A stretch of 63,196 nucleotides of DNA, the filler included, from Perkinsus chesapeaki ATCC PRA-425 (lineage: Eukaryota > Protista > Perkinsozoa): NCBI GenBank assembly GCA_013115145.1. It is 6 parts of 6 records of this genome, joined end to end, with 100 filler letters (N's around TTAATTAATTAA, not from the genome) between each part and the next. Parts side by side here need not be neighbours in the genome. Positions count along the whole stretch, not along the records: positions 1 to 7,791 come from JAAPAO010001011.1; positions 7,892 to 27,835 come from JAAPAO010000630.1; 4 more parts are not named here. One strand, 5' to 3'. A program made the translations under genes and the position numbers. Positions 1 through 9,653 of this stretch are shown here, one piece after another. Position 1 is the first letter of the stretch. Every line of letters starts with the position of its first letter. The notes below the pieces were generated by a model. The model was given only the letters and a program-made list of their open reading frames with translations. It made no database searches and was not told where the DNA came from.

Positions 1-110
1 GTAATATCGTATAAGTAATAAATGAATATAAGTAATATCGTATAAGTAATAAATGAATATAAGTAATATCGTACAAGTAATAAATGATTACAAGTAATAT
101 CGTAAATGAA
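1..110. repeat. 31-bp AT-rich minisatellite, about 3.5 copies
   Basis: Unit gtaatatcgtataagtaataaatgaatataa repeats from base 1 and decays after the third copy. Confidence 0.9.
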
Positions 111-129
111 CGTAAAAATAATGTAGGTG

Positions 130-3100
130 TCATCAGACATTCCATCAAAATTTCTCGTATTCTTAAGAGGAGCACTTTTTGACCTTCGAGGGTCGCATTT
201 CTGTGACGGTAGATTAATCCTCATCTCGGAGCTTTGAGGAAGTATACATTTCTATACGAGGATAGGAATAGAGAAGCTCGCAGAACAATACTTTTTGGAA
301 CTCGGCTGGGATTGAAGAATTTACCACAGAAAAAATGCCATGATAATCACCTGACGGTTTCAGTTAATCTTGCCCGTCCACTGGACCTCTCGACAGCATC
401 ACTGTCATGGAACATAGCGGGATGCCAGGTAGGGGCGTGGTGGTGATGGTTTGTAATTAAACTGGTTTCATAGGTTATACCGTGTCCTACTAAATCGGGA
501 TATATATGGGTGGTTAAAGGGGGACAACTTAAAGGTGAGGAGAGCGGCAGCTTCAGACATTATTATAGAGTTGTCATCGGTGGTTTGCTAGAACTAGGGC
601 ATATCTCAGCTTAGCGATAGACGTACCTTAATCATTGATCTATTGTGTGTGCGTTTTTCTAAGGCAAATTACCGAATCTTAGTTATCTCTTGAAATAGTA
701 AAATAGGCCAAATATAACAATGAAACGGTTGATCGATATCTTATTGAGTTCCTCTAGTAAAAATACATATACCCTTTAATTTTGGCATCACAAGGCAAAC
801 TATTTCGGGAGATAACAAAGAATTGGTAATTTGCTTGAGAAAAACGCACACACAATACATAGTATGTTTGCATAATATAAAATATATACTAAATATCAAT
901 AATAACCAGCAGACACGATACATTAACTCAACGTAGTCCATTTTAATATTATCCATTATATTATTAACCTATCCATTATATTATTAACCTATCCATTGTA
1001 TTATTAACCNNNNNNNNNNNNNNNNNNNNNNNNNNNNNNNNNNNNNNNNNNNNNNNNNNNNNNNNNNNNNNNNNNNNNNNNNNNNNNNNNNNNNNNNNNN
1101 NTTATCCTATCCATTATATTATTAACCTATCCATTATATTATTAACCTATCCATTATATTATTAACCTATCCATTATATTATTAACCTATCCATTATATT
1201 ATTAACCTATCCATTATATTATTAACCTATCCATTATAGTATTAACCTATCCAGTATATTATTAACCTATCCATTATATTATTAACCTATCCAGTATATT
1301 ATTTAACCTATCCATTATATTATTTGTATTTCATATATGTATTACTCTCTGGGTAGTAGCTGACAGATGGTCAGATGTTAACAATAATCTTCCTTGCATG
1401 TTGTTCATCACTTCTCCTCAGAATCCCTCTATTTCTCGGCGCCTACTCTGGACTTTGCTAATGACTGGATTCAAGCCATGGACCGCGCAAGTCGGCGGGG
1501 AGAAGCCCCGAGGCTGAAAACCGTCAATAGCAGCAGCAGCAGTTCTGCATTGTAAGCTTCGCCACTCCAGATGCTTTCTTATTCCATTCGCTTCAGAGAG
1601 GAGATGGCGGCGCAATCGAACGCAGGCAGCGTGGAGGGATCTGGTAAGTTCTGGGGGCTCTGTGTAGACTTGGATGGAAATGTGTCTGAAAGTTTTGCTA
1701 GTACAGAGGAGGAGGAAATATAATAGAAAGGAGTTTGATAGGAAATATGTTACTAGTGATACGGAGGAGGAGATATAATAGAAAGGAGTTTGATAGGAAA
1801 TATGTTACTAGTGATACGGAGGAGGAGATATAATAGAAAGGAGTTTGATAGGAAATATGTTACTAGTGATACGGAGAAGGAGATATAATAGAAAGGAGTT
1901 TGATAGGAAATATGTCACTAATTCCTTTCGAGTTTAACGTATTCGTCTTCCACTCCATATTTCACATCCAAGCCGTTCCTAGATCTCCAACCCCCTCCCC
2001 CTCTCCCTCCCTGGGATCGCCCCTTAATGAAGGCTCACTTGAGGGTTGTCGACTATTTGGTGTCATCAGCGCGGCCTGGTTGCCTTCTTCCTCCGGTTGT
2101 ATTTGCTGAACTTGAATCAACACTAAGTAGGATGCGCTTTGATTTCGCTTCCGTGATAGTGTGTTTGTTGGTCAGCACGCGTGCCCGTAATCGATTATCA
2201 TTTGGATGCGGAAACCTCCCTTATGGATTCCCCCAGCAACTCAGCAGGTGAGAGTCTCTAGGAAGATTAGATCGATCCGTGGAACTGCAATGTCAATATA
2301 ATTCAACTTATTTCACTATAGAACAATATAATAAGACAGAATTAAATATAGTCCAATACCACTCATCATGATTCGATAATATTGGAACAATATAGTCAAA
2401 CGTCACCGTTGAGGTGTCCCACAAGCCCGAAAATAGACGTATTTGTTATGACTCAATTTGAACCACATCCTGCCATTTTCGGCGGAATCTGCCGGAGCTT
2501 AGCCTCCTTTGATCAGCTTTTATATACGCCCGTTTTCTTTCGGAACGTTTTCCCTGTATCCCTCTCGAAGCCGGGAACCATGAAAATAGGTTCCTCGAGG
2601 GCGATATAGGTGTGGAGATATATTTGCAAGTTGAACAGAGAGCAAGAGCAATACTAGTGCATTTTTGTCGACGTTACCTCTCATTTGCTTATTGTCATTC
2701 CTGTNNNNNNNNNNNNNNNNNNNNNNNNNNNNNNNNNNNNNNNNNNNNNNNNNNNNNNNNNNNNNNNNNNNNNNNNNNNNNNNNNNNNNNNNNNNNNNNN
2801 NNNAACTTGTTTAATGCAGAGCCTCCTTCCTAAGCTCTTATCCGTCGATCGTTATTCCTGTACTTGTTTAATGCAGAGCCTCCTTCCTAAGCTCTTATCC
2901 GTCGATCGTTATTCCTGTACTTGTTTAATGCAGAACCTGCATTTGACTCGCCTCATCTACGCCAACGTCGCTACTCGGAGATATCGGTCACACCCGGTGA
3001 AGAGCAGCCTTCCCCATCTAGTGATCGTTCGGAGTTATTCAACACAGAGGTAAGCAGTTCGGCATTGTTTCCATTCTGATGGTTGTTCAGGTGGCGCCGA

Positions 3101-3590
3101 CTTTGGATCATCCTGTGGAGATCCCCTTGTACCATCGAAAACCACGAGATAAATTGGTGAGCTTCGAAGCTTGTTAAATGAGCTAGGATGTATATATCAG
3201 AATAATAAGATATATTTTATTATATTTTATTCTATATTTTATTATATATTTTATTATATATTTTATTATATATTTTATTATAAGTTATATTACAGATTAT
3301 ATTTCAAGTTGTGATAGTGTGTGTATCATTATTTATCCCTTCTTCTTCTCCTTCTCCCAAGGCCCTCTATATATTCCATCCCGAGACCGGTCTGCTCATT
3401 GGTGAGACCACCATTATGAAGTACGATATGAGGCGGAAACTACCGTGGACTCGAGATACCGACGATGAGCTTGGTGGGGCTAGGTGAGGCGGCCTGTGAG
3501 ATACTCTTTCGGAATAGAGACGTATCTTTTGTCTTCGTAGAATTTCGAAATAATGTTGCACAGCTTGCGGACTTCTCCCCACACTTACCG
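130..3590 (-). CDS. Probable multi-exon gene of unknown function with minisatellite-inflated introns
   Basis: Minus-strand GT..AG boundaries flank short open segments (e.g. VQQIQPEEEGNQAALMTPNSRQ near 2100, and AEFQKVLFCELLYSYPRIE near 290). No recognisable domain, and the exon chain is not resolved. Confidence 0.3.
641..857. mobile_element. MITE-like foldback element, 59-bp imperfect inverted arms, TA at both ends
   Basis: 641-699 (tattgtgtgtgcgtttttctaaggcaaattaccgaatcttagttatctcttgaaatagt) is the reverse complement of 799-857 with a few mismatches. The spacer is 99 bp. Confidence 0.65.
951..1321. repeat. 20-bp minisatellite spanning an assembly gap
   Basis: Unit attaacctatccattatatt occurs on both sides of the N gap at 1010-1101. 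Confidence 0.95.
1709..1917. repeat. 55-57-bp minisatellite, 4 copies
   Basis: tagaaagg anchors at 1724, 1781, 1836 and 1893. Unit is approximately gaggaggagatatataatagaaaggagtttgataggaaatatgttactagtgatacg. Confidence 0.95.
2697..2935. repeat. 57-bp minisatellite spanning an assembly gap
   Basis: acttgtttaatgcaga anchors at 2805, 2862 and 2919. The unit end attcctgt lies immediately before the gap at 2705-2803. Confidence 0.9.
3208..3282. repeat. AT-only short tandem repeat, approximately (tatatattttat)n
   Basis: Direct reading of the sequence. Confidence 0.85.
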
Positions 3591-3939
3591 AAAATGTTGT
3601 GAAGTAATTCCCTCAAACGGCGAATTAAAACTGAAGTGCTGAATTAAACTTTGAAAAATTTTCGGAAATGGCTCGATTATTTCAATTGAATTGGTATCTG
3701 AAACAAAAGCATTTTTTCAATTGTTATGAACTTTTTGCTTGTCATCAGGAAAATTGAATAATAATAATAATAACTAGCTGATCTCGCCTTCGTAATATCT
3801 CAGGTGGTGCGCAGTGACGGCACCCGATGCTAAGCAATCGACTACCCCGGCTGATTTGAGACCACCTTATCATTATATAACGGCACTTAAGGTTGTGCCT
3901 CATCTAACCGGCGGACTGTCTGAGTAGGGGAATCTTAGG

Positions 3940-6770
3940 TTGAAGCATGGAATTTCGATCTTTGGAAGGTACTTTTCACCGTTGTCGGAATCACAGGAGA
4001 CAACGAGGCGCTTGGAATTCGAATATTTCAAGACGCAGATTTCGCGGTTTGTGAAATTAATAGATCTCTTTCAAGTGGCCAAGGCGAAGTACAACGACAT
4101 TGTCGAGTGGCGTTGGATATTCCGGTAGGTAAATAGGAGTGAGAAATAATTGTCAATATACGAAGAAATTTTAACTGTTTCTTCGCCAGCTAGCTTAGCG
4201 AGGATCAACTCGTGGAGTCGAGCCGCGTGGGATATCTGATGGGACTGCTGCCCGTCATCGTCGGTTTCCGTGATGGAGCTTCCTCAGGGAAAAAAACAGA
4301 AATTCGCTATCGCTTCGAAATTGTTAATTTTTCCCTGTTATTCTATATTCCTTATTTAAGCTCTCCACAAATAAGGCGATTATTTTTCAGTCATCACGCT
4401 CTAAACGTCTTTGAAGTTCGCTCTACTGCCTCGCTCGTTTCTGGCAGTGGCGACACTGCATTTCACTATAGCGGTGTTTTGATAACACACAAATGCGGTC
4501 CTTCAGCTCATAGGCCAGGAAGGCTATCAAGTCTCGTTTGACTTCAGCACTGGTTTTCAAGCTTTCAAAGCGCCGTGCAACAGTCCTTTCGGGGAGAATA
4601 ATGCATTCGCTCGGCGAACCTGAGAATCGATCTCCTTGGAAATCAGGACGGTCCATGCGCACTTGACTTTGACTCTTGATCAGCGTTAACTATAGGCACC
4701 ATGCTCCCCCTCAGGTCGACCGTCTGGCTTACGTATTGTACGCTTCTACTGGTCGTGGTGCCTCAGCGATGTCATTGGTTATTGTGCGTCCACTTGACAC
4801 TGTAAGTGATAGTTGTTACGACACTGTAACGGACAATCGCCTCAGTTACTGTATTTACTGCAATCCAGCGATACGTACCGGACTATCTAGATTCCTCTCG
4901 CACTCCTTTGATATAAATGCGGAGTACGTCAAGCAACGATTGTCTGAAGTGAGGTATCGAGCCCCGGGATCGAACCCGCGACCTTCCACCCTTCCGCTCA
5001 GGCCATTGTCCTTTCTGAGGGCATCTGCCCAGAAGGACGTACAGCAAATAGAGCTCACGCCACTTCTCATCCCAGAACAGGAACAAGCAGAAGGTGTCGA
5101 AGATACCGAGTAGGTTGTGTCTGCTTCATCCAGGCAAGCTGCGCCCCAGTTACGTATCGGAAATCTGGGAAAACCAAAGACGCTTGTTTGGGGGGAAGAC
5201 CTTCTCCGCGATGAACCTCCTGGTCATGGACCGTCCCCGGTGGAGTGACGTTAGCGGGCAGATAGCCCTCGACCCTCCGACTTCGAGTGCCAATGTGAGC
5301 CTTTGTACGAGGAGCGAGGAATGGCATGTTTGTGTGCAGATAACGTGGAGAATTGATGTTGTTCCTGGAGCTGGAGGCACTGATGATAATGGTTGGAAGT
5401 ATGCTTGGCGATGGGGGTCATCTACGTGGCGATCGGCATATAATAGGTAAAGGGCCCCCTATTTCAAGGCGACTCAGAAAGTTTAATTCTTTTAGATATG
5501 ATTTCGTCCGAAGGCGCAGATGGTTGCCAACCATTGCCACCTCAGCTGAGCCGGCTGCCTCCTTGGTTAAAGATTCCCCGCCGGAACAGCCTTCAACGCC
5601 TGGCAACGTGCCCACTGTCAGAGATCAGTCCTCCGCTCCGAGGAAGGATGATTCTGGTTACATGCGGAAGCTGTTTGGCTATGGTAGGTGCTCTGAGGAG
5701 CGGATAGTATATTATTAATTGAATATAATATCCTATATACTTGGTATGTTGTATAACATATCTAGTCCACCACGACTGTGTGCGAGTCGACTATGATTAG
5801 TCGTCGTGCCGAAAATACTGGCTCCTCGCAAGCAGCTCTCTCTGCCATCTTCACAGAAACCTTGTACCCGTACAGTTTGTAGATGATGCGAAGTTCCTAC
5901 AGGGTTTATCGGACGGTCTGCTTTCAGCACGCCAACTCGCCGCTGGGAAACCTCACCATAGTCTTTTTTGACATCTACTGCAAGTGCGCTTTTGAGGGTA
6001 TCGTATTTCAACAGGTCGAGAAATCCTCACGTCCCTGAAAATTGGGGGAATTCATCAATATTAGAACTCCCAATTTGACCCAGTCAAATCGAGCCACACT
6101 TACGTGGAAGCCAGAGGCGCTTCTTAGAAAGTTTTATCTGCGCTGATCAGGTCAAGGAAGATCCGGGCAGGACGCCGCCAGCCCACCTTCATCTGCTACG
6201 GTGTTCGATTACGATCTCTACGATATGACCACTGAAGATTCCCAGCCGAGGTATGCGTAGAAAGATACGCATTTCACGATTGCTGAATTGCAGTTTGATC
6301 GGAGGAGTCGGTCGGATGTGGAAAGATTTCCGAGAGGTCGCTTGGAAGGCTCAAGTGGAGATCGCGGAATTCTGCGAAGACATCGAACGAGCGATATCCC
6401 TCTTTGCTTGGCGAGACAAAGGTCTTACCCATATCATGGTTACTGTAAGTGGGGCTCTCTCTAATGACCGTGGTAGCAACTTATCAGGTGCTGATAGCGG
6501 CCAGTGTGGCCTTGTACTTTGTTCCGGTCTCAACACTTTTGTATTTTTATGTCTTGAGCCGCTTCATGAATGGATTCAGGCGAGGGCGATGGAAGAAGCT
6601 ATTGCGCAACTGCGCTCTTCGTCACATCCTAGAGTCTCGATTGGAAGTGAGCATCCTCGATGATGCTGTTCTCAGCTTTATTGGTTTGATTTACGGAAAT
6701 ACGTCGGTATATACCAGAACGTCAGCCAAGAAAGAAGTTCTTATTCGAAGAGGACTACTTGCTTAGTACA
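3940..6770 (+). CDS. MCTP/Pex30-like ER membrane protein: reticulon-like hairpin 1, DysF domain, then PRT_C-type hairpin 2 (multi-exon; ends approximate, possibly further exons to about 7250)
   Basis: Spliced by eye. EWRWIFR|STVWLTYCTLLLVVVPQ resembles the first MCTP hydrophobic segment. SEIWENQRRLFGG..LLVMDRPRWSDVSG..WRID..DDNGWKYAWRW..YNR|YDFVRRRRW carries the DysF signature (introns 5093-5132, 5295-5339, 5447-5495). QVEIAEFCEDIERAISLFAWRDKGLTHIMVT|VLIAASVALYFVPVSTLL resembles PRT_C (intron 6445-6487). Exon continuity across 5690-6140 is not fully resolved. Confidence 0.7.
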
Positions 6771-7791
6771 TCCAAATCAATGACTTCCTCGGTTCGTACT
6801 AGTTTTTCAGCGCTAATGCGTCGTCGTCTCTTTGCCCTTGTATAGAGCATAGTGCTTGGCATTATGGCGATACCGTACCGTCATTCCCCGTTGTATATAG
6901 TGTTCTATACACTACTAGCTTCTTGACGGACCATATTATCTATCTCTGCGATATTACGTAATATACATCACATCAACCTGTATGTATTTTCGACACTGTG
7001 GACTCACACTGCATTAGAGCTCTCCTTGTGTCAGAACCACATCCCTTCGACAACAGCACTATCTGAGCTTGATTCTGTTCAAGCCCAGCAAATGTGCTCG
7101 TCTCTTCGACGCCGCGTCCCTATCGGTCAGGCCCTATCAGTGAAGGTGCTCCAATCATACCAGGATGATGAAGCACTTGCTGATTGGCTCAGGGAACAGG
7201 TGAGCTCGTTTAGTCGGTGGTCTGATTCACTGGCTCTTGGCGATAGGGTTGTAAAATAGTGCTGTGAATGCATAATACAGTGCGAACCAATCCGTTATGC
7301 AGAAAAAATTTTTTTTGGTATAACTGAAGTAAAACGGTAGTGAAACATGTATTCTCCACCTGCATGTGTCTGCTGCCACTTTAAAATATTGCATAATTAT
7401 CTTTCCTTATTCCATCAGATTCCCGGCTGCAAATTGCCTCCCAAATGGACTCGCAAAGATTGGGTTGATAACTTCATTGAGCACGCCCCTACCGGCGAGG
7501 TACGCTCTTGCCTCGCCTTTCCCCTCCACCGTGCTATTTCAGGACACCGTATCTGCGCTGTTATCCGACAAGTCTAGCGTCATAAAGCCTCGAGGATACC
7601 TCCCTGACAGGATACACCAGAATCGCCGGCGTAACCTGAGCACCATTAGTATCCCTAGCACAAGCAGTCACGATGCAATTCTTTGATAAAATTTTTCATC
7701 ACATCTTGAACTGTTTCGTGTGAGAAGCCAACTGGCATGCACATCTCACTTGCTCTCTCGATATTCCCTTATTACTCAGTTAGCATTGTTG

Positions 7792-7891
7792 NNNNNNNNN
7801 NNNNNNNNNNNNNNNNNNNNNNNNNNNNNNNNNNNTTAATTAATTAANNNNNNNNNNNNNNNNNNNNNNNNNNNNNNNNNNNNNNNNNNNN
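7792..7891. other. Artificial scaffold linker 44N-TTAATTAATTAA-44N
   Basis: Identical 100-nt construct occurs five times. The 12-mer gives stops in all six frames. Confidence 0.97.
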
Positions 7892-9528
7892 TTAACGGCT
7901 ATACAGTGTCTGAGTCCCGCAACGCGTCATCCCTAGGATTGACCCATCGTCGGACTCCCGACCACGTCTGCAATGTCTTGCCAAACAATGCTATGAAAAC
8001 ACTCACCAGCGATCCTGAAGATGAGATGTGTGAGAAAGGGCTTGACGCTGGAATCTGGAGAAGCCGTCTCTGAACTGCTGGAACCAAGTCAGCAAATATA
8101 CGGAAGAGTTCCACCGGAGCACCACATCTCTCGGTATAACTTTAAACCGTTTCTGACCGTTGTACTCCTCGTTAATACAGTCCACCAGAAGCTGGTGGGC
8201 GATATTAGATTGTCGCAAGAGTTGGGCATGGGATCGCAGCTTGACTAGTAACTTGCCAACGCTCTTGGCCGAGCGGTTCGCAGCAGTGTCCACACCATCA
8301 GCCCATGAATTGTCTTGGTCGCCTTCGAGGTCGAAGTCTTCCGAAGTCTCACTCTCAGTGGCGCTATCCTCATATATAAAAGAGTCATCTTCTCTAATGA
8401 CGTCCCCGAGATCGCATTGAGCGGCTGTGCTACTGTCAGCCTCAGCCACGGATCCTCCCGGCTCGGTATTCTGCCATCCTTGCAACACGTCGTCGACGAG
8501 ACTTTCAGTTGACCAGAGTCCCAGGGAGTTCACGACACAACAAGCGGAGCTTATGTCCGGCACGACCAAGATTCATGAATGGGGCCTGAAGCTTCTCGTA
8601 TAGAATATCCATGGCACGGAAGTTAGAGCTCGCGCTGTCGGTTGTGAAGCTGCGGACCTTCTCAGCACAACCGAGTACTTCTAACGAGCCGCTGACATTC
8701 TCGGCAATATTGGCACCAGTGTGACGGTCTTTCAGGTCGATGAAGTCCAGCGGAATCCTTCTCAAGCTAAAGTCGGATTCGGAGTAGTAGTGGCCAACGA
8801 TAACAATGAAGAAGCTTCTCGAGTTGCGAGACCAGATATTGATTGTTATGCCTATGTCCTGGACATCAGCCAACGTAACTACGAAAAATAATTAGCGAGG
8901 CAGTTGTAGAGGCAATAATCTACCGGCAGTTGTCGCTGGATAAGCCTCGATTCTTCTTCTCGCGACCGACTGTTCGCCTAGATGGCATGGCGAAAGACGG
9001 GCATAAGGCTTGCACAAATGAACGGAACCATTTGCTGTCCACTGTTGCTAAAGGAAGCCCACAATTTATAATGAGATCTGTAACCGTCGACAGAGAGCAT
9101 TGCTTGAGCTCTTCTTCATCAAATCGCTGGGGGATAGAGCTAAGCTCTTCTTCTTGTCGAGCTTTGCAGACCAATTCGTGTCCCCGAACGCCAGTAAGGC
9201 TGCCTCGGCTCATCTTGATAACTTTCGTGCAGCGGGGACATTCAGGTTCATTGTCCCTCACTTTTCTCCGCGTTGGAAACTCAGTCTCGAGCTTCAGTTT
9301 CTTACGGGGGAACATTTGTGTAACTTGAAGACGTGAATGTACTGAGCTGATGTCTCCCGCAATTTCAATCACTTAACCACTCAACACGCATTTGGTGCGC
9401 GTCCCACATCGTGAGAGTCATACACGCGTATCGGCATCCGTACGGTTCCCGCAAAAAACGGTGCGGTTGCGGTTCGTAATCCGTACATAGTACGGTACGG
9501 AGCCGTACCGTAAAGCTGCCCATCCCGA
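7892..9528 (-). mobile_element. hAT-superfamily DNA transposon, degenerate, 3' part cut by the scaffold end
   Basis: BED-like finger CPRC..H..C. LIINCGLPLATVDSKWFRSFVQALCPSFAMPSRRTV, ITINIWS, HTGANIA, FTTDSASSN and DVVLRWNSS are hAT transposase motifs. Candidate terminus TCGGGATGGGCA at 9528-9517 has clustered CCGTAC/GTACGG/AAACGG subterminal motifs. There are frameshifts near 8965 and 8560. Confidence 0.9.
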
Positions 9529-9653
9529 CCACGCGCTACTCAAAAAATGCAGTTGAATTCCCGTGAATCTCTTCTTACAAACGCTCATTTAAGCGGCTTT
9601 GGCAGAGTAGGTAGCACATCTAAAACCCAAGGCCCATGCGCCACGAAACATGG

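Noticed and set aside
951-2935. Regular repeats that could be mistaken for CRISPR arrays
   Set aside because: Units are directly adjacent with no unique spacers, there are no cas genes, and the context is eukaryotic.
4950-5005. tRNA-like GGTTCGATCCC T-loop on the minus strand
   Set aside because: The T-stem pairs at only 3 of 5 positions, no D or anticodon arm can be folded, and it lies inside a plus-strand exon (RAPGSNPRPS).
7836-7847. TTAATTAATTAA as a piggyBac TTAA target or biological palindrome
   Set aside because: It is always centred in exactly 44N+44N, so it is an assembly spacer.
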